Source: Piedraia hortae CBS 480.64 (Eukaryota). From it: DNA of 64,000 nucleotides. The translations under genes and the position numbers were made by a program. This document shows positions 12,705-23,671 of this stretch, in pieces. The notes beneath the pieces are model-generated. The model made no database searches. It worked only from the letters and a program-made list of their open reading frames with translations, and was not told the DNA's origin. How positions within the stretch are numbered: position 1 is the stretch's first letter; each line of letters opens with the position of its first letter. The stretch covers positions 62,001 through 126,000 of the forward strand of contig MU005994.1 of the NCBI GenBank assembly GCA_010093745.1, read 5' to 3'.

Positions 12705-13532
12705 CTACTCGGAGTCTGAATCATAGTGTGTAGCAACATACTGCCAAAACGGCTGTTGCTGCACAAGGGGCTCTGATGGTGTGTATGAATCAGAATCGGA
12801 CAATGAGACAAATTGCTTTTTCGGGGCCCCAGGAGGGTCGGCTTTGGGAACCACCGACACGCACCCGGGATTGATGGAGAATCGCATGGTTTTGGGGCCT
12901 TTTGGCAGCCCTTTGCGCTGGTTGGATCCTTTTTTGGCGTTTCCCTCGCTGCGTGAGGCTGCGTGAGGGTCATCTTTATTTGCGGTCTCGGCCCTAATGT
13001 GTTGAACCGCCTCATGGAATTCGGCTGGCCATTCGCTCTCGCTGTCGGTGGCGTCAGGGTCGGTGGCCGAGTCTTGCTTTCCGCAAGTTCCATCGTGGCA
13101 AGTGGATGCGTCATTGGCAGGTCCCTGAGGCACCGAGGAGAAAAGGGCCGATCCATTGCAGCGTCCAGAATTCTGATAGCCTATTCCACAAGTCAGTCAA
13201 ACGGCTGAGACACTTGGGATGAGCTGTAGTACCTCCTGAGATAAGCCCGGCATCATGCTTGTAGCAATGGACCGATGGCAACCCTTGACTGGCAGGCGAG
13301 GGACCGTCATGAGGCAGTGCGCGACACGCTAGATCGTCTGAGAGAGGATAAGAATGGCTGCTAATATTGCCGGGTGCTGCGCGGCGAACTATTGATTGTT
13401 AGATAGGCTCCACGTTCCTCTGGAACATAGTAGGAGATATGTACCGGGGGCGCTTTCCAGGCTCAGGGCCTCGAGTAAAGAAGTAGGAGCATCCTGGTGA
13501 CTGAATCCTTCCATGCTATGACCTTGGTTCAT
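12705..13532 (-). CDS. Orphan protein B (putative paralog of 11688-12451)
   Basis: ATG 13532; introns 13444-13389 and 13232-13181 (GTAC.. / CTAAC or CTGAC / TAG) give an open frame MNQGHSMEG...PFWQYVATHYDSDSE*. Confidence 0.55.
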
Positions 13533-13543
13533 GACGAATAACA

Positions 13544-13618
13544 ATGTTGCGCGAGACGATGTTGCGCGAGACGATGTTGCGCGAGACGATGTTGCGCGAG
13601 ACGATGTTGCACGAGACG
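13544..13618. repeat. 15-bp tandem repeat (ATGTTGCGCGAGACG)x5
   Basis: Four perfect units plus one with a single change, directly upstream of the orphan B ATG. Confidence 0.95.
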
Positions 13619-14774
13619 ATGTCGTGCAGGGAATGAGAAGACAAGTTCTATACGCAACTTTCTGTTAGTCAACTAGCACACAGGCCACTCACGAACCGGA
13701 AGTCGCAAAATTGCACACAAACATGACGCGCTAGTTGAAGCTAAGTCCAGAATCCCTGTCTAGTGGCAAGGCAATATGGGGAGGCAACCAATCAAATAAC
13801 GCAATTTTGCATTAGCTTCAAATTAGCGCGTTGTTTTGGTGCGACTTTTCGGTGACCGGTATCAAGGGCCCTTAATCAGACGAAGTTTCAGTTGAAAGAG
13901 ATTAAGGGGGTGTATGGCCAACTCTCAAAATCCTTCTAGGCTCAAGAAGGTCAACTACCACCGCATGATGCTAGTAACGTGTTCAAAAGTGTTTGTCATC
14001 TTTGACATCATACATCGGTCTTGCCATCTCAGATCATCACGCACATCTGGCAGAGACTCACCTGCTAGTAGGTTCTATGAGCTGCTGCTCATCAACCGGA
14101 GAATGCGTGAGTCTATATATCACTCAAGCCATTAATGCCCGCTTACATCCAAAACTCGAAACTCACGCGCAACGCAGTAAGAACTATTCTCAATTTCAGA
14201 CAAGGCTCACCGAAATGATCAAACAAATTATCTGCAGTGTCAATAACAAAAAGCGCGAACGGATGGACTTTAGAACGGAAATACACACGCAAGAATACTC
14301 ATACAAGTGCAGTTATCGTGTATCACAGACAGAAAGCAAAATCACTGTAACGATTGTTGATGTGACTACAGGTTCCCTGTGCTTTAGCAGGCATTTGTGT
14401 CTTTTTGAAGATCTCTTTGCTCCTTCCGATCGCAATGCAAAAGAGACGAACATTGCAGATTCACAAGCCACTGCAATACAATGATCCGAAATGGCTTTTC
14501 ACAGCATCTACTCCAGCACCTTGCTGCGGTGTTATTGTGCATGAGTTAGTGACCACCTTTGTGTCATCAAGTCATGCGCATTTGGAAAATACTACGATAT
14601 ACTTGCAATCCCAACAGCTAAAACGGAGCCAGAAGCAACTTGTCCATTGTCAATCGCTTTAGAGCGATGCATGTCGATTGTGTCGCCAAACACGGCAGGA
14701 GCCGAGCGAGATGACGTAAGCAAGCGCAAAGGCGATCGCGGACGTCACTCCAACATCAACAGCATCAAACAGCG

Positions 14775-15608
14775 ATGGCTGACCAAAGCAGCGCGCTAAA
14801 TGCACTTGCATCGTTTATAGCTCTTTCCAAAACTGCGACATCCGCCCGTGCAGCAGCCGAGCTGATAGAACGTGCGACATCCGATCCGAACACATTCGTC
14901 TTTGGAGAACTGCTCCAGCAGCCCAACATTCGTGCATTGAACGACGACGCAGAGTATCGAGCGGCCTGGGAAGTGCTAAAGGTATTTGCTTGGGGCACAT
15001 GGCAGGATTATAAGGGTGATTCGTACACTGGCTAAAATATTGATCGTGCTAACGACTCAACAGCTACTCCGGGTCTTCCTCCACTTTCAGATGCTCAAGC
15101 GCGAAAGCTTCGGATGCTCTCCCTCATAACCATCGCTTCCGAGAAGTCTCCCTCCCCCGACGCTGCACAACACCTGACTTATCTGGCACTTTGTACACGC
15201 CTCGATCTGTCCTCCTTCACTGAGCTGGAACAGCTTGTAATTCAAGCCAATAACGCTGGTCTCATTACCTGCAATCTGGACCATGCTTCCCAAAAGATTG
15301 TTGTGAGGTCTGTAGCACCGCTCCGCGACCTGGCTCCCGGAAGTGTGAAGTTCATGCTTTCAGAGCTGTCCGCGTGGTCCGACAGGAATGAGAGCGCACT
15401 GGCTGAATTGGAATCCAGGATGAACGCGATAAAAAAGAATGCATCAAAGCGGGCGCGCCAGCAATCTAGAGCTGAAAAGCAACTACAAAACGCCTTGCAG
15501 TTTGAGAATCCAATGACCAAAGCATCGTCCTCACGCCAGCCGGAAGTGATGGATTTGGATGGCCAGCACCGTAACTCCTCGAAGTTAGAAGCTGCCGTAC
15601 GTAATTGA
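14775..15608 (+). CDS. csn7: COP9 signalosome subunit 7 (PCI domain)
   Basis: ATSDPNTFVFGELL, LKVFAWGTWQDY, KLRMLSLIT, PLRDLAPGS; intron 15016-15063. Confidence 0.9.
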
Positions 15609-15769
15609 GGCAAAAGCTCCATCTTTGATACGCTAGTTTGGGTGCATGATGAGACAAGCCTAGTAGATCACAGCCTTCTTCGAATCTCCACTGTGAGCTT
15701 GTAATATTTTGTGAGTGAGTCATTGTGATCATGCTCTGTCTTCTTCCACGTCTATATATAACCCCTTTA

Positions 15770-16144
15770 GAGCGTCCACAGCGGCCCGAGGTAAATACCA
15801 AACTGGGGTATTTATCGAACGATTTGTAAACTTTGCCCAACAAACCCCCACACCGGTCCCAGGTTAACCGACTCTTATTTGCCAAACGCCCGATAAGCAA
15901 TGAAGCTATGGCTAACTTACTTAACGCTTTATCCGTCACGTATTTCACAAAACAGGTTAGCGCTACCCACAATTTCTGTCCCTCACCACATCATCTACGC
16001 CGCTTGGCCGGTACTTACCAACACCTGATTGGTATTCACCAAGTACTGATGTGCGGAGCGTAGATTCCGACTGGTAAAGCTTTAAAACCACTTTTATTTA
16101 CCCCACGCCTGTTGGGTATTTACCCCGGACCGCTGTGGATGCTC
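15770..16144. mobile_element. Non-autonomous PIF/Harbinger-type MITE (375 bp)
   Basis: About 30-bp TIRs GAGCGTCCACAGCGGCCCGAGGTAAATACC / GGTATTTACCCCGGACCGCTGTGGATGCTC, flanked by TTA on both sides; no coding capacity. Confidence 0.85.
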
Positions 16145-16884
16145 TTAGGACGAAAGACGGCGTCGTCATCCTGTCAATTCCTGGCGGTCTGTTAACAAAT
16201 TTGAGGCACGTGACATGTGGGGTAAAACGCGCCAAGGAGCACAGACCACAACAACTTCATCTCCAAAGTTTCAGTAGTCAATGTTATATAACCAATCTTC
16301 AGGCAGATATTGCAGATATTGTACATAGCAAAAATGATTATTCACCTGTTCATGGTGTCATATCGAATCTCGGGCACGAGTTGTCAAAAAATTGTGTTGC
16401 TCGTTGCTACTGGAAGTGTTATGATGTCAAGTGTTACTCCTTGAGCGGTCAGGGCAAGGTGACTTAGGGCCTAAAGCCTTTAAGACGAACAGAACCAAGC
16501 CCACAGTAGTTTGGTTGGCAATCAGTATCGCAAGCTTCTGAATAACGTTCCGGGTATGCTTCCAATCATTTTGTAACATCTTCAATTCATTAAACGAGCA
16601 TTAACTTCGAGAGCAGGCCTCTTTTGCCAGAATTACTGCCGCAGCTCCAGACTAGCTTGCCCTTGAGTCACTTGACCAGATTTCCCTGCACGTGATATTC
16701 GACCCCAGCAACCAAACAACAACGCGCTAAGAAGTTTCATTTGATTTGCAAACATAATAGACTGCACGGGGTCATCTTCCTTCAACACAAAGTAGAATCA
16801 TCAAGACGGCAATCCCATCTGCTTGCCCCATCTACGTGAGTAAGCGTACATGAGCCGAGTTGGCGAGCTGAGATAAAGAGAACC

Positions 16885-18297
16885 ATGTCTGAACCCCCGG
16901 CGGTCTTCGAGAACCCTCCCTCGCCGTCGAATAGTCGCCGCGGCAGGAAACTTTTTTCTACCGTCGGGCATGCTCGACAACAGATCATGGGCCTCGGCGT
17001 GGAGTATGAATTAGCAGAAAACAATGGCCAAGGCGATGTAAATCCGTTTGTCCTTGGCATCGGTGAAGATCATGAGGATCAGCCGGGCTTGACGGCCTAT
17101 CTTGGGCCAGGACTGTCATCTAGCCTAGCAGAGATAGGCCCAGAGCCGACGCCGATGCGACGCCGCCTGGTACGCACCCATTCCGACGGGTCAGATCCGT
17201 TTAAAGACCCCGCCGTGCGTTCAACAGCAGCCGCTCCTTCCTCGTCTCAGAAAAGGTTCTCCCACATGACGCAAGTCGACAGCGAAGCAGATTGGGAAGA
17301 TATTCCTATGAGTCAACCTAATCTTCTGAGTGCCTATCGGAGCTCGTCGGGGTCGAGTGCCCTCAATGTGGCTATGTCTGGTCAGCATTATTGCAGGCCC
17401 TTTCTACCTCATTCTTCTCGACTCCGACGCAGCTCATCCGAACCGTCGACCCTCTCCCGTCCGCGGGCGTTCACGCTTCCAAAACGCGAGGAACCCAGCC
17501 ATCCCGCCGCCAGGGCGCAAGAACCACAGAGCAGTTCCAACTCCTCAGGGGGTTTCTCAGACATAAGCGATGTCATGCCGACAACTGGGCCACTGTCGGC
17601 GAACAACATCCTGAGCATGGTTGGCCGCCGCGCTCAGGAGAGTCCGCGCCTTCTGGAGAACCCGCGTCCGGCACCAGCTCCCCCTCACACGCCGGTCGGC
17701 AACAAACACCGCGGCCATACCCCTTGGCCCTCTCCCATTTACTATGAATCACCTTCGCGCCCAGCCGCTGCCACAGGGCCACCTACCCCCCGCCGCCTCC
17801 TCCGACTGGGTGCCCTGCGTCCTTCGACATTGTTCCGTCATCCCACGGCCGATGACGACTTCGAAGAGATAGAACTGGGGCCCATACACCCACAAATCCA
17901 AGGTGCTTTGTCAGACCGCCAGATGGCTGATCGCGAGCCGAACTGGCGTCTGGCTCCACCCTTGTCCTGCGCCGGCCATATCAGCCCGTATGTTATGGAT
18001 GCAGGCCGCGTCCTTGTGCCCCCCGCGTGGGCTAGCCATGGATCCATTAAACAAGAGCAGCGAAAGATCAGCTTGATCTTCCAGGCCTTGTCCGTCCTCT
18101 TTCCGCCCTTGGCCATCCTCTACGGTCTCGGCAAACTTGATGTGCTCGCGCGCAAGCTGTCCAAGGGCCGAGTGCAGGCATTGGATCCCGAAAGCAAGCG
18201 CGACGCCCTCTATGTCCTTGCACCCCTTTCCATGCTGGCGTACGTTATCATCGGCCTCACTATTGGCCTGATTGTGCATTTCAACAAGCAAAGGTAG
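16885..18297 (+). CDS. Hypothetical S/P/R-rich protein with C-terminal transmembrane segments
   Basis: 470-aa ORF; hydrophobic LFPPLAILYGLG and LSMLAYVIIGLTIGLIV near the C-terminus. Confidence 0.75.
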   Translation: MSEPPAVFENPPSPSNSRRGRKLFSTVGHARQQIMGLGVEYELAENNGQGDVNPFVLGIGEDHEDQPGLTAYLGPGLSSSLAEIGPEPTPMRRRLVRTHSDGSDPFKDPAVRSTAAAPSSSQKRFSHMTQVDSEADWEDIPMSQPNLLSAYRSSSGSSALNVAMSGQHYCRPFLPHSSRLRRSSSEPSTLSRPRAFTLPKREEPSHPAARAQEPQSSSNSSGGFSDISDVMPTTGPLSANNILSMVGRRAQESPRLLENPRPAPAPPHTPVGNKHRGHTPWPSPIYYESPSRPAAATGPPTPRRLLRLGALRPSTLFRHPTADDDFEEIELGPIHPQIQGALSDRQMADREPNWRLAPPLSCAGHISPYVMDAGRVLVPPAWASHGSIKQEQRKISLIFQALSVLFPPLAILYGLGKLDVLARKLSKGRVQALDPESKRDALYVLAPLSMLAYVIIGLTIGLIVHFNKQR

Positions 18298-20041
18298 TCT
18301 GTCTGATTGTCTGTGTGGAGAGTTGTCTGGGAGGCTAGTTGTGTGGCAGGATAATTGTGTGGTAGGACTGAGTCGGAGAGGGTTTTGTTGTGTGCGGTGA
18401 TACCCCAGCTGTTGTCACGATACGGGAGAGTGTCATAGTAGCTCGTGCTAGCTACTGCTTTAATGTGTCAATGCCTTGCTCTGTGCTTTTGTTTCTATGG
18501 ATGCTGTATACTCGTGATTGACAGACGTGCAGCAAAGAGCCAGGGCCGCTGGAAAGTCTATTAATAACTCTGATTCTTGATACAGTAGGTTAGTTTCCCT
18601 GGGAGCGTCTCTTTTCCCCAAGTCTCGACTTGTGTGAGTCAGAGCAGAGTTTGCGGCAACGCCATTCCATCTCTTTTCTCGACCGTCCCCTGATCCGGCT
18701 CTTGCAAGAGGGCATTGCCCTCTAACTGCCACCGCGCGTTAAGGTCTTTTTTTGCTGCCGGCGCTTCGGCGTCTTTTGTTTTGCAGACTCTTGCGCACTA
18801 GCATCTTTTTCTTCCCAGCCGGCCATTGCGGCCTCTTTCCCTCGCCCATCACAGGATTGGAGCGTCGCCCAAGTCACAGGGACCTTGGGGGACCAGCGTG
18901 CGCTGAAGGAGGGAGGAGCTGCACGCAGTTTGCTGCAGGTTTGGGAGTGGCTTTGCGCTGGGGTTGGACGGCCAGTCTACTGTGGAGACGTGGACCGCTT
19001 CTGCGCTGCGCTGGAGGTGAAAGACTGATTCATGCGTGGAAAGAGGGTCGATTCGACTGCTCGAGGAAACTGTCTTAGGCCCTTTGTCCGGACGCTTTTG
19101 CGCTCTTGGTGGAGAAGACGCGCTGGGGAACACTAGCCTCGCACTCTTTTTTTTCTCCCGTGGTTGGGCTCTCGAACATGTTGCGCGGTGTTTGCGCCGG
19201 TATGAGCGGGGTCTTTCTCGGTCTGTGGGAGTGAGAGTTTTTTTCCTCGACCATAAGAATCTCGAAGCGGGGTTTCGGGGAGACATCATTGAGTAGGTAG
19301 GCTTGATTTGTCAGTGAGAGATCAGACTGAGGGTTCAGGGGTTACAGCTGGAAGAGGGTGGACGAAGGCCATTGCGCTGGGCTGAGCAGTTGCGTTGATG
19401 AGAATGCTCGCCAAGCATGTGCTTGGGCCTGGAGGGAAGGCGGGTGCAGAAGTTGCTTTTCGGCGGCTTGGGCTCCGTGATTGACGCCGGAAAGCTGCTT
19501 GTCTGACTGCATCTGCAGTCAAGTCTGAAGCGCATTTGCTCGAAGTCGACCACTGCAGATGCCGAAGGTCCTTGGACAATTTACTACTGAGCTAGAACGA
19601 GTGAGAGTTGATGTTCAGGTACGTCGACGGTGGATAGAAAAATTTATTACCATGAGTAGAGTCTCCTTGGCGTGAAGTCTCTCCCACCCGATGTATCCAA
19701 GTACTGCCAGAACCACATCAGACCCCACCTTCTCGAAGAATTCAATTTTGAACACCCAAAAGGAACCATTCTACGTGATTCTTTGGCAATCAAATCTAGC
19801 GTGCACGGCCTCATGGACCTGAGAAAGGTTATTCGTCCGGTATACCCTCGGCAAAACTTTAGCGCGACGCACTGCAGGTCAAGTTGTCCCTACTTTTATC
19901 CCAATTTCCTGTCCACTTATTCTTTCTTCCTCCTTCATTAACCTCACTCACTTTACACAAGCACGCATTCCCTACACCCTTCACTCATATCCGTTCACTC
20001 ACTCTATTCGCATTCATATATCATTCACTATACCCAAAATC

Positions 20042-23000
20042 ATGTCGCCGCGGCGCAACCCACCGCGCAAGCGGAATCAGCCTCCAGTCATATATGAACC
20101 ATTTGGCAGGGCGCCTAATCGCAGCCGCATCCGTAATGGTATGCCCGTTCACTCGACGCAGGAAGGGCCCGCAGCCTCCACTAAGTCCAAGCGCCGTCTA
20201 AACACTCCCGTTTCCGACCGTCTGGCCAAGCGCACCAAGGAGTCTTCCGAAGATACCTCGATGTTGGCCGATTATACAGAGCGACAACCAAGTGCGCCCG
20301 CATCTGCAGATGAACAAAGCGACCATGAGCCCCAAGTCCATTCCAAAAATACTTTCCCAGCCCTGACTGGAGTGGACAAGGCAGTCAAAGCAGCCAAGAC
20401 TATGGTTGCTGGCACAAATACAAGCACTACGGCCCAGCGATCCTTGCAGCCGATTACGTTGACAATGTTTGGCTTTAATAAACAGGCGAAGCCTAAAGAG
20501 CCGATCGTGCCCGCGGCACCTTGCCGCCTGGAGGAGATTTCTCGTGCCATGACGGCGCACACTCGTACCCTAGTCAACAAACCCCCTCCCCAGGGTATGC
20601 CGATTGTCTGGGCTGATTCCCGTCAAGCGCTTTGCGAAACGGTGCCCTACTTCAAAATGCAATATTCGGGGTGCCACGCCAACGAGGGTCACATATATGG
20701 CCTGCTGATTGACGGTACTGCCCAGTGCAGAGATTACCTTGATGGGGATGTTGTTGTGGCTCGCGCTGCTGGCGGCATGGAGGGAGAATCCTCGTCAATG
20801 CAGCAAGCGAAAAACCACTCGCTAAACGATTCGCAGGCAGTGTCGTTTGTTAACGACATCCAGTATAGGAACCCCATTGTCGTGATTACGGGGAACAAGT
20901 CGTCGGTCGTTCCTTGCTCAGTCCCCCATCGCTACTGCATCTTAGGCTGGTTCAAGCCTATCGCGATCTGGGTCGAGCTCACGAAAGGTAAAAACGGCCG
21001 AGATTTCAAAACAGTCAAGTTCCGCCTCGAGCGGCTGAAGTCGACAATACCGTGGTGGGTGCCCCAAAACAACGACTTGGCTTTTTCCCCCGAAGAAGCT
21101 GGACCCCTCCACCACCAAGCGTGTTCGGAGTGCAACAATGAATATCCCCAAGTTTACCTCCCCGGGTGGGTTTGTTTGAACGCAGATTGTAGGAAATTCT
21201 GGGAACTGCCATCGGGCGAGCAGGCAGCTACTAGTTTCATCGACTATAATCCCGCCTGGCTGTTGTCCCGCCAGGAATGGGAGAACGAAATGCCACCCTA
21301 TGATATCAAGCCTGCTTTACCAAACATTGGCAAGGCTCTTGGGGATAATTTGACGTACATTAACACGCGAGGCGTCTGCTGCCCTTTATGCGGCCGATGC
21401 AATAGTCGGTATCTGTTCAGCGGTTGGAGGTGCGACAATCAGGCCTGTACCTGGTCATGGTACCCAAAGCACCGCCCTGTCATCCCCGGTGCACTCAACC
21501 AGCCTTGGGACATTGCCGGGAACGGGCCGGCTCTCACGCGTTGCAAAGTTGTGGACGGCGTGCATGTCAAGACCTCGTACGTCTGGGGGTACAAGGTGCA
21601 AGAATTTTCGTTTAAGGGTGTAGAAGGGTCGCTTATACATGCGAGCGCCAATGCAGCCCTTAACAAACAGAAAGGTAGTGCGGATGAGATGTTTGCTGCC
21701 CTGCAGAGTGTGGAGATCGGCCTCAAGCGTCGTCGTTTCGCCACAGAGCGCGGAGCTAATGCTGAGACTGCTGACCCGAACATGGAAAGGGGTGATTTCA
21801 TGAGCTCATTCTCGATCAACTACGGCATGCCATACAAGTTCATCGCTAGCGGGAATAGTCTCCCATTCGACGGATCCCCGTGGCCGGTTCGTGAGAGTCG
21901 TGCGCGACTCAACTGGGCTGCCAAGGCTTTTGGGGCTAATCCCGAACACGACGACTTCAACGAGGAGTTGATACTGGCGTACATGGAAGGCCAGAAGCTG
22001 GAGTATCACGACGACGGCGAGGACGGCCTTGGGCCGATGATCGCAACGCTCTCGATAGGCGGTTCGGCGAAGATGCATCTACGTCTAAAACGCAAACACT
22101 ATGTTGGGTGCTCAAAGACGGGGCTGTTGACGTCTGAGAAGCCCGTTCCTGGTGGCTATGGTGGTGAGGCTATGTTCACGAAGCGACTCGCGGCCTGGAA
22201 GCAGATCGAGGAGATGAAGAGCAAAGGCACGGCCGCTGCCGAGATCCGTGCCAAACAGAAACAGCTTGCGGCCCAGTTGCGGTTGCCGAGTGTCAAGGCC
22301 AAAAACGCACCCGACTCGGTAGTTATTAACCTCAGGCACGGCGACATCGTTATCATGAACGGCTACGAAGTACAGAGGTTCATGGAGCACAAGGTAGTGC
22401 CGGATGGGATGTTGCGTTTCGCCCTCACATGCCGCACAGTCCTGCCCGGGCATTTGAAGCCGGACGAGCTGCCTGACTACGAAGTCAAGGCGGACGACTA
22501 TGTCTACAAGGGGCCCTCCGAGGTAAGCCAGCAGCCTGGGACAGGGCCGCCGGTCGATGCGGACGAGGAGCTCCATACAAGGGAGGAGCAGCTTCAGCTG
22601 ATTCTGGATCGTTTGGAAAGACACCGCCGCTCAAGGGGCAAGGCCCGTGCAAACAACCAAGATGGCGGGGAAACCTTTCTAGATAAGTTTCTTACGATCG
22701 AAGTCCGGTCTGTCCCTGAGCTGGCCCACACGCTAGATCCTACTGATAGCTCGGTTATGGTAGAAAGTGGCTCTCCTCCCTCCGAGCTGCCCATAAACCG
22801 GGACCACACGCACGATAATGCTCCGGCCGAAAGCATGGCCGTCTACAATACCGGCGCTGATGACGATGTTTTTCCTATCCCTGAGCTGCCTGTTAATGCG
22901 GCTCGCACTCACAATGTTGATGTCTCGCCTACTCAGCAGTCCGTTCAGCCGGCCAGCACGAACAATGCTGCTCCATCTGGACACACGAACACTGTCAACG

Positions 23001-23671
23001 TTGCCCCTGATGACAATGATTCACCAGCCCCTGGGAGGTCTGTTGAGCTGGTCGGCATAAGCAATATGGCTATCGCTGGAGAGCCGTCTGTCAACAGTAC
23101 GGCCATCAACGACGGTACTGTTCCAGAGACCAACGACAACGGTGCAGGTCGTATACCGCGCAAAATGTCTATCGCCAATATTATCTCACATGATGATAAT
23201 TCACCTGTTCTCGGGCAATTTGGTCAGCAAGTTAACACAAGCGACGCCGCCCCATCCGACGAACCGTCGATCCACAGCCCTGCCATGCACGACGGCGCCT
23301 CGACTGCCTCTGCGCAGTCAGGCCGGCAGGCCGACTTGCACGATTCGACACCGTACGTAGAGCCGTTCACCGCCACGGACCACCATGCCTTCTCTGCCCC
23401 AGAGTACTCTATTCAGGGCATTCAGACTGACGATCTACTGGGAGTGGCTAACCTCGCAAGCATGAGCGACGACGTTTCGTCCGTCCCTAGACTATTTGGC
23501 CAACACCCCGGCGCCAGCGGGTTTCTCGCTTCGGACAATTTGTCGTCAGAACACGACCTGGACATGGCACACTTGCGGGCGCCTCGCAATATGGAGGATA
23601 TCTTCGAACTAGGGATGAGGGACACCGAGGTCCGCAACGTGTCCCGTGGCAGCTTCGGGGATGGAATTTAG
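20042..23671 (+). CDS. Fungal AlkB-type 2OG-Fe(II) dioxygenase with N-terminal SRA-like region and Cys-rich knuckles
   Basis: 1209-aa ORF; YHDDGE (HxD), HGDIVIM...EHKV, RFALTCR; N-terminal WADSRQALCETVPYF...YCILGWF...KFRLERL; CxxC clusters; long acidic tail. Confidence 0.85.
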   Translation: MSPRRNPPRKRNQPPVIYEPFGRAPNRSRIRNGMPVHSTQEGPAASTKSKRRLNTPVSDRLAKRTKESSEDTSMLADYTERQPSAPASADEQSDHEPQVHSKNTFPALTGVDKAVKAAKTMVAGTNTSTTAQRSLQPITLTMFGFNKQAKPKEPIVPAAPCRLEEISRAMTAHTRTLVNKPPPQGMPIVWADSRQALCETVPYFKMQYSGCHANEGHIYGLLIDGTAQCRDYLDGDVVVARAAGGMEGESSSMQQAKNHSLNDSQAVSFVNDIQYRNPIVVITGNKSSVVPCSVPHRYCILGWFKPIAIWVELTKGKNGRDFKTVKFRLERLKSTIPWWVPQNNDLAFSPEEAGPLHHQACSECNNEYPQVYLPGWVCLNADCRKFWELPSGEQAATSFIDYNPAWLLSRQEWENEMPPYDIKPALPNIGKALGDNLTYINTRGVCCPLCGRCNSRYLFSGWRCDNQACTWSWYPKHRPVIPGALNQPWDIAGNGPALTRCKVVDGVHVKTSYVWGYKVQEFSFKGVEGSLIHASANAALNKQKGSADEMFAALQSVEIGLKRRRFATERGANAETADPNMERGDFMSSFSINYGMPYKFIASGNSLPFDGSPWPVRESRARLNWAAKAFGANPEHDDFNEELILAYMEGQKLEYHDDGEDGLGPMIATLSIGGSAKMHLRLKRKHYVGCSKTGLLTSEKPVPGGYGGEAMFTKRLAAWKQIEEMKSKGTAAAEIRAKQKQLAAQLRLPSVKAKNAPDSVVINLRHGDIVIMNGYEVQRFMEHKVVPDGMLRFALTCRTVLPGHLKPDELPDYEVKADDYVYKGPSEVSQQPGTGPPVDADEELHTREEQLQLILDRLERHRRSRGKARANNQDGGETFLDKFLTIEVRSVPELAHTLDPTDSSVMVESGSPPSELPINRDHTHDNAPAESMAVYNTGADDDVFPIPELPVNAARTHNVDVSPTQQSVQPASTNNAAPSGHTNTVNVAPDDNDSPAPGRSVELVGISNMAIAGEPSVNSTAINDGTVPETNDNGAGRIPRKMSIANIISHDDNSPVLGQFGQQVNTSDAAPSDEPSIHSPAMHDGASTASAQSGRQADLHDSTPYVEPFTATDHHAFSAPEYSIQGIQTDDLLGVANLASMSDDVSSVPRLFGQHPGASGFLASDNLSSEHDLDMAHLRAPRNMEDIFELGMRDTEVRNVSRGSFGDGI

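Noticed and set aside
13544..13618. CRISPR-like array (also considered for 43102-43200)
   Set aside because: Head-to-tail repeats with no spacers, in a eukaryotic context with no cas genes.
18500..19290. Minus-strand basic ORF of 146 aa with broken continuation
   Set aside because: No recognisable homology; could be an orphan pseudogene but cannot be supported.
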